From assembly GCA_030749035.1 (NCBI GenBank), contig JASMKV010000301.1, positions 4,523-68,522 of the forward strand: a DNA stretch of 64,000 bases. The letters are read 5' to 3'. This document shows positions 32,082 through 42,352 of this stretch, one piece after another (position 1 is the stretch's first letter; the number at the start of each line of letters is the position of its first letter). Position numbers and translations under genes: made by a program. The DNA comes from Myxococcota bacterium (GTDB lineage Bacteria > Myxococcota > XYA12-FULL-58-9 > JASMKV01). The notes below the pieces were generated by a model that saw only the letters and a list, made by a program, of their open reading frames with translations, searched no databases and was not told the origin of the DNA.

Positions 32082-32393
32082 ATGAAAAAAATGTGGACAA
32101 TGATAATTTCTTTTTCAAGCGTGTTCTTGACCAGCGGTCTTGCGCTTGCTGGCGAAGGCGCAAGCGACGGTAGCTGGGGCATGCCCATGGCCATTGGCCT
32201 TGGCATTGGTGTTGCCGCTCTAGGCGGTGCCTTAGGCCAAAGTCGTGCCGTTGCGACCGCCCTTGAAGGTATTTGTCGTAACCCAAATGCATCAGACAAG
32301 GTCTTTGTGCCTATGATTCTTGGTCTGGCATTTATTGAATCCCTGGTCTTGTTTACTTGGGTTTTGATGTTCCTTTTATTAGGAAAAATATAA
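32082..32393 (+). CDS. atpE: F0F1 ATP synthase subunit c, with a ~25-aa N-terminal signal-like extension
   Basis: GLGIGVAALGGALGQSR… then AFIESL (proton-binding Glu in helix 2) within a two-helix hairpin. Confidence 0.8.
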   Translation: MKKMWTMIISFSSVFLTSGLALAGEGASDGSWGMPMAIGLGIGVAALGGALGQSRAVATALEGICRNPNASDKVFVPMILGLAFIESLVLFTWVLMFLLLGKI

Positions 32394-32403
32394 GTTTCTA
32401 TCT

Positions 32404-32445
32404 TCCGGGAATGGTGGTGATAGCCATCATTTCCGGAGTTTCATT
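32404..32445 (+). terminator. Rho-independent terminator after atpE
   Basis: A 13-bp stem (uccgggaauggug / caucauuuccgga, two G·U pairs) is followed by a U-rich guuucauu. Confidence 0.55.
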
Positions 32446-32457
32446 AGAGTTCTATTT

Positions 32458-32802
32458 ATGGCACCACGCAACACATCCAACACCAGCGCCTTAATTCAGG
32501 CCCTTATTGACGATTTGCAACTTCAATCCAGCACGCAGATTGAAGAACGTTTTGCATTACTTGAGAAACGCATTGAAAATCTGGAAAAACTTTTAGTCCC
32601 TGAAATGCAATTGCAACCGAGTCCAAAACATTGTTGTCTCTGCGACAATCATGTTTTAGCCCGCGGCCTCTGCTCAAAACACTATCAACAATGGCGTTAT
32701 CGACAGCGTCAACAAGTCCAGGGCAATAAATCCAAAAACACGAAAAAGCACAGAGACAATCTACCTTCGCCAACCGAATTCAGCCGACAACATACGCGCT
32801 GA
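32458..32802 (+). CDS. Hypothetical small protein with a coiled-coil N-terminus, a Cys/His cluster (CCLCDNH…GLCSKHY) and a basic C-terminal tail
   Basis: An ORF with a plausible start after the terminator. The Cys/His spacing suggests a zinc-binding (zinc ribbon or HNH-like) element. Confidence 0.35.
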   Translation: MAPRNTSNTSALIQALIDDLQLQSSTQIEERFALLEKRIENLEKLLVPEMQLQPSPKHCCLCDNHVLARGLCSKHYQQWRYRQRQQVQGNKSKNTKKHRDNLPSPTEFSRQHTR

Positions 32803-32818
32803 CAATTAAACTCTTCGC

Positions 32819-35656
32819 TTACGCCGATTGCGCACGCCTCTGCCTGCGTCTTTTTAATATATTTTTTAAATATCTCCCTGTGTAGCTGCGTTTTTCAGCG
32901 GCCACCTCTTCTGGACGCCCGGCCGCAAGGACCTCGCCACCACCGGATCCGCCTTCTGGCCCTAAATCGATAATCGTATCGGCCGTCTTGATGACATCCA
33001 AATTATGCTCAATCACAACAATCGTATTTCCACTATCGACCAAACGCTCTAAGACCCCCATAAGTCTTTCAATGTCATGAAAGTGCAAACCTGTTGTTGG
33101 CTCATCCAAAATATAAAGTGTTCGCCCTGTCGAACGCTTCGACAACTCACGTGAAAGTTTAATACGTTGTGCCTCGCCACCAGAAAATGTGGTCGCCGCT
33201 TGGCCAAGATGAATATAGCCTAAACCAACCGCTTCAAGGGTTTCCAACTTTCTTGCGATGGCAGGAATCACGCTAAAAAAACCAGACGCCTCATCCACAG
33301 TCATTTTTAGAACATCGGCAATACTTTTGCCGCGGTATAAAATCTCAAGTGTCTCACGATTATATCGATGTCCTTTACAAGTCTCGCAGGTCACAAAAAC
33401 ATCTGGTAAAAAATGCATTTCAATTCTTAAGATCCCATCACCCTCACAAGCCTCGCAGCGCCCCCCTTTGACATTGAATGAGAAGCGACCCGGTTTGTAG
33501 CCCCGAACTCTGCTTTCTGGAAGATGGGCAAAAAGGTCACGTACATGCGTAAAAAGACCAGTATAGGTCGCAGGATTCGAGCGAGGTGTGCGCCCTATCG
33601 GACTTTGATCGATATTAATAATCTTATCAATATGCTCAGTCCCCCTAATTTCTCCATGTGAGGCCGGTAAATCCTTGGTATGATGTAGTGCGTTGGCCAC
33701 GGCCTTATAAAGTGTATCGTTAACGAGTGTGCTTTTTCCGCTTCCAGAGACGCCGCTCACGCATATAAATTGACCCAGTGGAAACCGAACATCGATATTT
33801 TTTAAATTGTTCCCCTTCGCCCCCAGAACTTCAATGCAATGACCATTTCCCTCTCGTCTCACTTCAGGAATTGCGATTGTTTTCGTTCCATTAAGATAAT
33901 CTGAGGTGAGTGTTTTCTTCGCAAGGATCTCTGCAAGACTTCCCTCTGCCACCACCTTCCCGCCATAACGACCGGCACCTGGCCCCAAATCCACGATCCA
34001 GTCGGCTCTGCGAATTGTATCTTCATCGTGTTCAACAACCAAAACCGTGTTGCCCAAATCACGCAATCTTTCCAAAGTCTTTAAAAGGCGATCGTTATCT
34101 CGCTGATGCAAACCAATCGAGGGTTCGTCTAAGACATAAATCACACCGCGCAGAGCGCTGCCTATTTGTGTCGCCAAACGAATGCGCTGCGACTCCCCTC
34201 CTGAAAGCGTCGCACTTGTTCGATCTAAACCAATATAGTTGAGCCCCACCGCCTCCATAAAACCCAACCTTTCATCGATTTCACGTAAAATAGGTTTTGC
34301 TATCTTTTTTTGACGAGCACCCAGTTTCAATTTTGAAAAAAACTGATGTGCCTGAGTCACACTCATCGCACAAACATCTGCAATCGACTTTTTGTCTAAA
34401 AGTATAGCCAATGATTCGGCACGCAAACGTTTACCATGACAATCATAGCAAGGCATCGCTGCCATAAAATCCTGCAAGTTTTCCCTAACCCGTTCGGAGC
34501 TGCTCTCATTAAAACTACGCAGCAAATGCGGCAGTACCCCTTCGAATGGACGATGAATATGGTATGAAGATTTACGCATACCATAGTTAAATTGAATATC
34601 GACTTTGCCGCTTCCCCATAAAACAATTTTCTGATGTTTTTTTGATAATTTTTTGAATGGAACCTCGAGAGAGAAGTTGAAATGTTCAGCGACACAGCGA
34701 AGTTGTTGCCTGTACATCCCCTTGAAGCGCCCCGCCCATGGTTTAACGGCACCATTTGCCAACGACACACTTGAATCAGGAATCACTTTGTCGGGATCAA
34801 ACTCCATCGCAATTCCTAATCCATCACAAGAAGAGCATGCCCCATGGGGACTGTTAAAAGAAAACATGCGCGGCTCAATCTCGGGATAAGAGACACCACA
34901 TGCGTGACAGGCAAAACGCTCCGAAAAAAGCTGCTCTTTGGCATTGAGCGGTGCAATCGTGACCAACCCATCCGCTTTTCTTAAAGCCGTCTCCACGGAA
35001 TCCGTCAGACGACCTTTAAGGCCTTCTTTCATCACAAGGCGGTCAACAACAACATCGATCGAATGCTTCTTTTTCTTGTCCAACACGATGTCTTCGTCCA
35101 GCTCAAACATCTCTCCATCAATTCTTACCCGCGCAAAACCTTCACGACTTAAATCCTCAAGCTCTTTGCGATATTCGCCTTTTCGGTCACGAATCAACGG
35201 TGCCAAAACGAAAAACTTTGTGCCCAAATCATATTCTAAAACTTGGTCGACAATCTGTTGCACCGTTTGCGCCACAATCGGTGCATTACACACATAGCAG
35301 TAAGGTGATGCCGCACGCGCAAACAATAATCTAAGATAATCATAAATCTCTGTTAGAGTCGCCACTGTTGAACGCGGATTTCTGGAACTCGTCTTTTGCT
35401 CAATAGAGATTGCCGGAGATAAACCGTCTATACTTTCGACATCCGGCTTTTTATTTTGTTCAAGAAATTGTCTCGCGTAGGCTGAAAGTGATTCGACATA
35501 ACGCCGTTGACCTTCAGCATAAATTGTATCGAACGCCAATGAGCTTTTTCCACTTCCCGAAATTCCTGTGATCACAACAAGTTTTTCCCTGGGCAAATCA
35601 AGACTTATATCTTTTAAATTGTGCTCATTGGCACCTTTGATCTTAATCACGTCCAC
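32819..35656 (-). CDS. uvrA: Excinuclease ABC subunit A
   Basis: 945 aa with two ABC ATPase modules ([10 protein letters not shown] and [10 protein letters not shown]), zinc-finger Cys clusters and duplicated LSGGE signatures. Confidence 0.97.
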   Translation of the reverse strand: MDVIKIKGANEHNLKDISLDLPREKLVVITGISGSGKSSLAFDTIYAEGQRRYVESLSAYARQFLEQNKKPDVESIDGLSPAISIEQKTSSRNPRSTVATLTEIYDYLRLLFARAASPYCYVCNAPIVAQTVQQIVDQVLEYDLGTKFFVLAPLIRDRKGEYRKELEDLSREGFARVRIDGEMFELDEDIVLDKKKKHSIDVVVDRLVMKEGLKGRLTDSVETALRKADGLVTIAPLNAKEQLFSERFACHACGVSYPEIEPRMFSFNSPHGACSSCDGLGIAMEFDPDKVIPDSSVSLANGAVKPWAGRFKGMYRQQLRCVAEHFNFSLEVPFKKLSKKHQKIVLWGSGKVDIQFNYGMRKSSYHIHRPFEGVLPHLLRSFNESSSERVRENLQDFMAAMPCYDCHGKRLRAESLAILLDKKSIADVCAMSVTQAHQFFSKLKLGARQKKIAKPILREIDERLGFMEAVGLNYIGLDRTSATLSGGESQRIRLATQIGSALRGVIYVLDEPSIGLHQRDNDRLLKTLERLRDLGNTVLVVEHDEDTIRRADWIVDLGPGAGRYGGKVVAEGSLAEILAKKTLTSDYLNGTKTIAIPEVRREGNGHCIEVLGAKGNNLKNIDVRFPLGQFICVSGVSGSGKSTLVNDTLYKAVANALHHTKDLPASHGEIRGTEHIDKIINIDQSPIGRTPRSNPATYTGLFTHVRDLFAHLPESRVRGYKPGRFSFNVKGGRCEACEGDGILRIEMHFLPDVFVTCETCKGHRYNRETLEILYRGKSIADVLKMTVDEASGFFSVIPAIARKLETLEAVGLGYIHLGQAATTFSGGEAQRIKLSRELSKRSTGRTLYILDEPTTGLHFHDIERLMGVLERLVDSGNTIVVIEHNLDVIKTADTIIDLGPEGGSGGGEVLAAGRPEEVAAEKRSYTGRYLKNILKRRRQRRAQSA

Positions 35657-35822
35657 GAAAACAACCTTTAATCCAAGATGCTAATCTAAAATGGAATCTA
35701 TCTTAGTGCATTGCAACGAAAAGATCACATCAAAAGAATAGGCTTAAAGGCAATAATCCTTGCGAAAAACCATGAAAAAAGCATAAACCGCAATGGCGAA
35801 AACCCTAAATTAGAAACTGGAC

Positions 35823-38810
35823 TTGCGCATGCAAACTTTAAAAATCAAAAGTGTCAAAATTTTGTCTCCGCAAAACTGTTTTCTAGTGCTCTGCGCTGGA
35901 ATCATGCTGGCTTGTGCGCCACAAGCACAGCAACAAGAAACAGCACACGCTGCAAATTTAAACACGCACGATTTAGACAGCCCTCTCACGGGAAGCCATC
36001 AACTCACATTTACCGGCAAACGCAGCGGAGAAGCATATTTTAATCCGGCCGCCGACAAAATTATTTATCAAGCCGAAATTGCACCAAACAACCCTTTTTA
36101 TCAAATATACACCATGGATTTGACAAGTGGGGCTGTCGAAAGAATCTCGGACGGTAGCGGAAAAACGACCTGTGGATATTTTCATCCCAAAAGTCCGCGT
36201 GTGCTCTATGCGTCGACACATCTCGACCATCAAAAAGAGCAAAAACAAAAAACGGAACTGATCAACAGAGCGCATGGAAAGAAGAAACGTTATTCTTGGG
36301 ATTTTGACCCCAATTTTGATATTTTTACGCAGGACTTAAAGACGAAAAAGCGCCAACAACTGACCAACGCCATGGGCTACGATGCGGAAGGGGCTTATTC
36401 TCCTGACGGAGAATGGATTGTGTTTGGCTCCAACCGACACGCCTATGAGCAGCACCAAAAAACAGCAGAACAAGAATTGCTAAAGAAAAACCCTGCACAC
36501 TTTATGGAACTCTATATTATGCGTCATGATGGTAGTGGCACAAAAAGATTAACGCATAGTCCTGGTTACGATGGAGGTCCTTTTTTTAGTCCCGATGGAA
36601 AAAATATTGTGTGGCGGCGCTTTGAAACAAGCGGTCACATCGCTGAAATCTGGACGATGCGTATTGATGGAACCCAAAAAAAACAAATCACGCAACTTGG
36701 TGCCATGTCATGGGCGCCCTTTTATCATCCATCAGGACAATATATTATTTTCACCACAAATCTTCATGGATATAAAAACTTCGAACTTTATATTGTTGAT
36801 ACACAAGGAGAAAAAAAACCTTATCGCGTCACTAAAAATGAACATTTTGATGGATTGCCCGTTTTTTCTCCACAAGGAGATTTACTTTCATGGACAAGCA
36901 CCAACCATCCTGAAAACACTTCACAAATCTTTTTTGCGCACTGGGAACACCAAAAAGCCCTACAACTTCTTGGACTTTCAACGAGTCACGCTCAATCAGA
37001 ACACCCCAATAAAAAAATCGAACCCCCTGAACAAATCGGAGCCTTACAAGGCCATGTAGAAGCGTTATGTGCCCCTGAGATGGCTGGTCGAAAAACTGGC
37101 ACACCCGGTGAAAAAAAAGCGGCCTCGTACGTCGCAAAGGAATTTGCTGAAAATAATCTGGAAACCATTGACGGTCATCAGTCTTATTTCCAGACTTTTG
37201 ATTTTAAAGCGGGTACATCCCTAAACCCTGAAACGCATTTAAAAATAGACTCGTTGACGCCTTTTCCCAAATTTAGAGTCGAAGAAAACTGGGTCCCTTT
37301 AGAATTTTCCCAAAGCGGTTCTTTTAGCCAAAACAGCTTTATCTTTGCCGGATACGGCATTGTCGCCCCTGCTCAAGAACATAAGGGCTTTTCGTACAAC
37401 GCGTATACGGATAAAGTGGACGTTAAAGATCGATGGGTGATTGTTCTGCGAGATATGCCACAAAATATTTCAGATGCACACCGCCAACACCTTCTACCCT
37501 TTAGTTCACTTCGCTCGAAAGCCATTACCGCACGAAATAAAGGGGCTAAGGGCATCGTCTTTGTCACAGGACCGTTGTCGGCCTTTAAACATGAACTGAT
37601 CTCACTTAAAAATAGTCGCGGCATCTCTGAAGGCGGCATCTCTGCTTTGATGATGGGAACAGCCGAAGCCACAAAGCTATTCGAATTAACAGGTCAAAAC
37701 CTTTCTGCGCTGCAAAAAGAACTTGATCTTGGGCACAGCGTTAACAACTTGAAATTGGAAAACTTTACCTTCTCTGGTGAGATTTCGCTTAAGCGCGAAA
37801 CGCGTCAAGGACGCAACGTTTTGGCAAGACTCCCTGGAGATCCCGCAAGCAAATATGTTGTTATTGTGGGTGCCCATGTTGACCACTTGGGGCAAGGGCA
37901 TCACAGCAGCTCTCTTGCCCACACCATTAAAGAAGACGCTATTCATCACGGTGCAGATGACAATGCCAGTGGAACGGCGGTCATGCTGGCGCTGGCGAAA
38001 GCATTTTCTGATGAAAAAAAAGAAAATCTCAAAGCCTTTCAGAACGATATCATTTTTGCCGCCTGGTCCGGTGAGGAAATTGGTATCCTGGGCTCACAAC
38101 ATTTTGTAAACACACTTACGCACAGCAAAGACAGCAGAACAATGACCGATGGCAAGAAAATTATCGCCTACATTAATATGGACATGGTTGGTCGCCTTCG
38201 CGAAAAGCTTGTTCTACAAGGAATTGGCTCAAGCTCAGTCTGGAAGTCACTTATCCAAAAAGCAAACATCAAAACAAAATTACCGATTCGTCTGCAATCC
38301 GATCCTTATTTACCAACAGATGCTACCTCATTTTATTTAAAGGGCATCCCTGTGATCAATGCCTTTACCGGAGCACATGAAGATTATCACGCCCCGACCG
38401 ATACCCCGGACAAAATCAACTATTCGGGCCTAAACCGTATTACCCATTTGCTTAAAAACACCATGCTTCCCTTAGCACAAACTCAAAAGCTGCCCGATTA
38501 TATCGCTCGCAAAGCAAAAAAACGTAAAGGCGGCCGAGGATTGCGTATTTATCTTGGGACAATCCCTGATTATGCTGCTTCTGAAGTTCAAGGACTAAAA
38601 ATATCAGGAACCAGCGCTGAATCACCGGCTGCCAAGGCTGGCCTTGTTAAGGGAGATGTTATCGTTGAACTTGCCGGCAAGAAGATAAACGACATTTATG
38701 ATTATATGCATGCCCTCAATGCATTGAAGGCAAAAAAAACCGTCGACATCAAAGTGAAGCGACAAAATAAACTTAAAACTTTAAAGATAACCCCACAAAT
38801 GCGCGAATAA
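35823..38810 (+). CDS. Multidomain periplasmic peptidase: TolB-like β-propeller, then PA/M28 aminopeptidase domain, then C-terminal PDZ
   Basis: A signal peptide is followed by propeller repeats (YSPDGEWIVFGSNR, FFSPDGKNIVWRR, FSPQGDLLSW). The M28 zinc ligands are (…GAHVDHLG…, …HGADDNASG…, …SGEEIGILGS…). The PDZ domain has (…GLVKGDVIVELAGKKI…). Confidence 0.7.
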   Translation: MRMQTLKIKSVKILSPQNCFLVLCAGIMLACAPQAQQQETAHAANLNTHDLDSPLTGSHQLTFTGKRSGEAYFNPAADKIIYQAEIAPNNPFYQIYTMDLTSGAVERISDGSGKTTCGYFHPKSPRVLYASTHLDHQKEQKQKTELINRAHGKKKRYSWDFDPNFDIFTQDLKTKKRQQLTNAMGYDAEGAYSPDGEWIVFGSNRHAYEQHQKTAEQELLKKNPAHFMELYIMRHDGSGTKRLTHSPGYDGGPFFSPDGKNIVWRRFETSGHIAEIWTMRIDGTQKKQITQLGAMSWAPFYHPSGQYIIFTTNLHGYKNFELYIVDTQGEKKPYRVTKNEHFDGLPVFSPQGDLLSWTSTNHPENTSQIFFAHWEHQKALQLLGLSTSHAQSEHPNKKIEPPEQIGALQGHVEALCAPEMAGRKTGTPGEKKAASYVAKEFAENNLETIDGHQSYFQTFDFKAGTSLNPETHLKIDSLTPFPKFRVEENWVPLEFSQSGSFSQNSFIFAGYGIVAPAQEHKGFSYNAYTDKVDVKDRWVIVLRDMPQNISDAHRQHLLPFSSLRSKAITARNKGAKGIVFVTGPLSAFKHELISLKNSRGISEGGISALMMGTAEATKLFELTGQNLSALQKELDLGHSVNNLKLENFTFSGEISLKRETRQGRNVLARLPGDPASKYVVIVGAHVDHLGQGHHSSSLAHTIKEDAIHHGADDNASGTAVMLALAKAFSDEKKENLKAFQNDIIFAAWSGEEIGILGSQHFVNTLTHSKDSRTMTDGKKIIAYINMDMVGRLREKLVLQGIGSSSVWKSLIQKANIKTKLPIRLQSDPYLPTDATSFYLKGIPVINAFTGAHEDYHAPTDTPDKINYSGLNRITHLLKNTMLPLAQTQKLPDYIARKAKKRKGGRGLRIYLGTIPDYAASEVQGLKISGTSAESPAAKAGLVKGDVIVELAGKKINDIYDYMHALNALKAKKTVDIKVKRQNKLKTLKITPQMRE

Positions 38811-38851
38811 AATCGGGCTTGTTTCCCCGCATTCGCTCTATCCCTACAGCT

Positions 38852-40672
38852 CTATTCCTTTTTACGTGGACGCTTGAGTCCATAGCTCTCCAGGCGATTA
38901 ATGAGTGTTCTTCTGGACACACCGAGTTCTGCTGCGGCTTTTGTCTGATTTCCTCCGCAACGCTCCAAGGCCTCCATGATGATTTTTTGTTGTTCATCAT
39001 CATCTTTTTTTCGTAATTGATCTGCTGGCCTCGAAGAACCTCCTCCTAGAGCAGAAAACTGCTGCGTCGGCTCATCGTCAAGAAGAGGTATATGGTTTGA
39101 GACTCCGGAAAATTGATTTTGTGCTGAAAGCAGTGAGTTGGTGCTCAATTTTTCAAGCGGTAAATGCTCAGCTGCAATCGTTCCCGAGCCACACAAGAGA
39201 ACTGCGCGGTCCATAATATTACGTAATTCCCTAATATTGCCCGGCCAGTGATAAGCCTTGAGGCGCTCCAAGGCCTCTCCCGATAATACGGGTATCCGGC
39301 TGTTATGATCACGTTCGCAAACCATCTTAATAAAAAGATGCGCAAGATTTTTCACCTCGCTAATACGCTCGCGTAAAGGCGGAATAATCACAGAAATACC
39401 ATTGAGGCGAAAATAAAGATCTTGTCGAAAGTTTCCCTCCGTAATTTCATCTTCTAAATTACGGTTTGTCGCCGCAATAAAACGCACATCAATAGATTTT
39501 TCCTGCATGCCCCCAACGCGCTGCACTTTGCGATCTTCAAGCACCCGTAAAAGTTTTACCTGCACACTCATGGGCAACTCACCGACCTCATCGAGAAAGA
39601 CACTTCCGCCATCGGCCGACTCTAAAAGTCCTGGCTTCGAAGCCACAGCACCCGTAAATGCTCCTTTTTCATGTCCAAAAAGTTCACTTTCAAGAAGCTG
39701 TTCAGACAATGCGGCACAGTTAAGCTTAAGGTAGGGCTTTGCGCAGCGCGGTGACTTTTCATGAATTTGTGCCGCAAAGACTTCTTTTCCCACACCGGTT
39801 TCACCAAGCAGCAAAACACTAATATTGGATCGCGCAATACGCTCAATCAATCGATGTAGGTTTTGCATCACCGGATCTTCGACAACAATCGCATCCCCAA
39901 CCTGATCGTCAAGCACATCACCCGACAAATCAGCACAAGCTTTGGCCATTAACTCACCGGCACTCTTTTCTTGTGGATAGAGCGCATAACCGCTGGTCAC
40001 CGAATAGTCATTTGCCCGTAAAACTTCTTCCGTTTGATGCACAAAGGCCTGAATATTTTCAGCAACAGCATTCAGTCGTAAAATTTCATACTCCCCCGGA
40101 GGGCCATATGTTCCAACAACATCAACAGAAGATAAAAGCTCTTCAAAGCAACTCGGCGCTGAGTCAAGCTCTTCTCCCTTCACACGCAACCGGATTAAAG
40201 CAAACGCAGACTGCTCTTGCGCGGCGCGCAAACACTCCTCTTCCAACCGTATTTCGAAATAGTCGTGCCCACATAAACGCCTTGGACGCGTTGTCTTTCG
40301 TGTCTGCTGAATCAACAATGTATTTGTACCGATTTCAATAACATCGCCCAGCTCTAAAGGTACAATTGCCTCCGCCGAAAGCTGCTCATCATTGACACGA
40401 ACCCCATTAACACTTCCACAATCCTGAATCTGTAAGGGTGGACCCATGTGCAGTATTGCATGCTTTCTTGATACCGCAGGATCATCCAAGCGCACATCCA
40501 CACCTGATGCTGCGCGGCCTATACTGAGCTGCCCTATAGATGGCAAAGGATAAGTCACAGCCCCTTGCTCTCCAACCACTGTTAACCTTAAACGGCTGGT
40601 GCGCGCGTCGGGGACTTCTATAATTTGCTGCGTAGAGAAATTATCTGGCGTATCAAAATCGTTCTTCGACAT
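38852..40672 (-). CDS. Sigma-54-dependent transcriptional activator (bacterial enhancer-binding protein) with an N-terminal FHA domain and a C-terminal Fis-type HTH
   Basis: The FHA region reads (…LSIGRAASGVDVRLDDPAVSRKHAIL…GSVNGVRVN…). The AAA+ core has GETGVGKE, the GAFTGA motif ESELFGHEKGAFTGA and the R-finger region. A C-terminal HTH is present. Confidence 0.85.
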   Translation of the reverse strand: MSKNDFDTPDNFSTQQIIEVPDARTSRLRLTVVGEQGAVTYPLPSIGQLSIGRAASGVDVRLDDPAVSRKHAILHMGPPLQIQDCGSVNGVRVNDEQLSAEAIVPLELGDVIEIGTNTLLIQQTRKTTRPRRLCGHDYFEIRLEEECLRAAQEQSAFALIRLRVKGEELDSAPSCFEELLSSVDVVGTYGPPGEYEILRLNAVAENIQAFVHQTEEVLRANDYSVTSGYALYPQEKSAGELMAKACADLSGDVLDDQVGDAIVVEDPVMQNLHRLIERIARSNISVLLLGETGVGKEVFAAQIHEKSPRCAKPYLKLNCAALSEQLLESELFGHEKGAFTGAVASKPGLLESADGGSVFLDEVGELPMSVQVKLLRVLEDRKVQRVGGMQEKSIDVRFIAATNRNLEDEITEGNFRQDLYFRLNGISVIIPPLRERISEVKNLAHLFIKMVCERDHNSRIPVLSGEALERLKAYHWPGNIRELRNIMDRAVLLCGSGTIAAEHLPLEKLSTNSLLSAQNQFSGVSNHIPLLDDEPTQQFSALGGGSSRPADQLRKKDDDEQQKIIMEALERCGGNQTKAAAELGVSRRTLINRLESYGLKRPRKKE

Positions 40673-40733
40673 AATGCCCCGAAAAGGTTTATCAATTTTT
40701 TCCTACCCAACGCATATTCTATATTGAATCAAT

Positions 40734-41474
40734 GTGCAATCCTGTGCTCTTATGTCGAAAAGGTCGACAGTATCACGAATGAAATTATCTATTATCATAC
40801 CTTGCTACAATGAAGAGCATACCTTGAAAAAGGCCGTAAGCAGAATTTTCCCTGTGGACATTGGAGAGGTCACGAAAGAGATCATTATTATTGATGACGG
40901 CTCTACAGATCGCTCTGTCGACATGATTCATGAGCTTGAAAATGAGCACCCTGAAATTATTGGACTTGTACATGAAATTAACCAGGGCAAAGGGGCTGCT
41001 CTAAAAACAGGTCTTCAGGCTGCTTCTGGTGATATTGTTCTTATTCAGGATGCTGATATGGAATACTCGCCTGCCGACTACCCAAAACTTCTCGAACCTA
41101 TTTTGGACAACAGAGCTGATGTCGTCTATGGCTCTCGCTTTAAAGGCGGAGAACCAGGGCGCGTCCTTTTTTTCTGGCACAGTGCTGGAAACAAATTTCT
41201 GACCCTAACATCCAATATGATGACAGACTTAAACCTCACAGATATGGAAACGGGCTATAAAGTATTTAAACGTGAAGTCATCGAAAAAATCGAAATAGAA
41301 GAAAAACGTTTTGGCGTCGAACCCGAAATGACGGCAAAAATTGCCAAACTCGATCCACGGCCACGTATTTATGAGGTTGGTATATCTTACGCGGGAAGAA
41401 CCTATGCAGAAGGTAAGAAGATTGGCTGGAAAGATGGATTCCGAGCCCTATATTGCATTATGAAATATAAATAG
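40734..41474 (+). CDS. Family-2 glycosyltransferase (polyprenyl-phosphate sugar transferase-like). The likely start is the MKLSIIIP Met near 40779
   Basis: SIIIPCYNEE, IIIDDGSTDRS, and the DxD-like LIQDADMEY. Confidence 0.7.
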   Translation: MQSCALMSKRSTVSRMKLSIIIPCYNEEHTLKKAVSRIFPVDIGEVTKEIIIIDDGSTDRSVDMIHELENEHPEIIGLVHEINQGKGAALKTGLQAASGDIVLIQDADMEYSPADYPKLLEPILDNRADVVYGSRFKGGEPGRVLFFWHSAGNKFLTLTSNMMTDLNLTDMETGYKVFKREVIEKIEIEEKRFGVEPEMTAKIAKLDPRPRIYEVGISYAGRTYAEGKKIGWKDGFRALYCIMKYK

Positions 41475-41496
41475 GTTGCGTAAAAAAGAAGGCTTG

Positions 41497-42225
41497 CTAC
41501 CCAGATTCCCCAAGTAAATGGGCGATGATCCCTGTGGCCAACGCGCGCGCAATCGTTTCCTGATAATCTTTATTCGCCAATTTTTTGCATTCTTCACTGT
41601 GACTCAAAAAGCCTATTTCCACGAGTATCGCCGGCATACGAGAACGCCATAAAACAGCAAAAGGCCCCTCTAAAACACCTTTATCTGGTGTATCCATATT
41701 TTCTGCCAAATGGCTTTGTACGCGATGGGCTAAACGTTGACTCTCAACATAAGCACCATTCAAAGCTAAATCCTGAACAATAAAATCGATATTGGCCTGC
41801 GGCTCAGTATCTAAAATAATGCCCTCATTTTCACGTTCAGCCAAACGATGCACACGCTTGTTGGCTACCCTGCGCGACAAAATAAAAGTTTCCACACCCT
41901 GTACATTTTTCAATGGCGAAGAGTTGGCGTGTATAGAAACGAAAGCTTTCGCCCCAAGTCGGTTTGCCATCTGAGCACGTTGCGCCAAATCCACATTACG
42001 ATCTTCAAAACGCGTCACCACACTTTCAACTAAATTTGAGCGTTCAATAATATGGTGAACTCGCTTGGCAATGTGCAGAACCAGATCTTTTTCAACCAAC
42101 CCACACACACCACGCGCCCCTGATTTCTCACCCCCATGGCCCGGATCAATAACCACAATCGGTTTTGCTTCAGCAAGCACCAAAGTCAAAGAGAAGAAGA
42201 GCCAATTCATCCTATGCCTATACAC
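41497..42225 (-). CDS. N-acetylmuramoyl-L-alanine amidase (Amidase_3 / AmiC family), secreted
   Basis: A signal peptide, then VVIDPGHGGEKSGARG, …FVSIHANS… and …VETFILS…. Confidence 0.8.
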   Translation of the reverse strand: MYRHRMNWLFFSLTLVLAEAKPIVVIDPGHGGEKSGARGVCGLVEKDLVLHIAKRVHHIIERSNLVESVVTRFEDRNVDLAQRAQMANRLGAKAFVSIHANSSPLKNVQGVETFILSRRVANKRVHRLAERENEGIILDTEPQANIDFIVQDLALNGAYVESQRLAHRVQSHLAENMDTPDKGVLEGPFAVLWRSRMPAILVEIGFLSHSEECKKLANKDYQETIARALATGIIAHLLGESG

Positions 42226-42352
42226 ACACCAACCTACATTCGGAAGTCTAAAAATTATTATTTACCGAGCGTTTGCACCGCGCCCCTTCCTTGGTTATAT
42301 CTTTGAACAAATAGCGTAATGCTTACGTCTGAGTAGATGGAGGATAAATCTC

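Noticed and set aside
35711-36043. A 110-aa ORF in the uvrA–peptidase spacer that overlaps the peptidase start
   Set aside because: It overlaps the well-supported signal peptide region of the 35823 gene in another frame. Its basic low-complexity product has no start context.
42226-42352. A possible sigma-54 promoter (GG…TTG) upstream of the OM β-barrel gene
   Set aside because: The spacing and the −12 element (no GC at the correct distance) do not fit TGGCAC-N5-TTGC on inspection.
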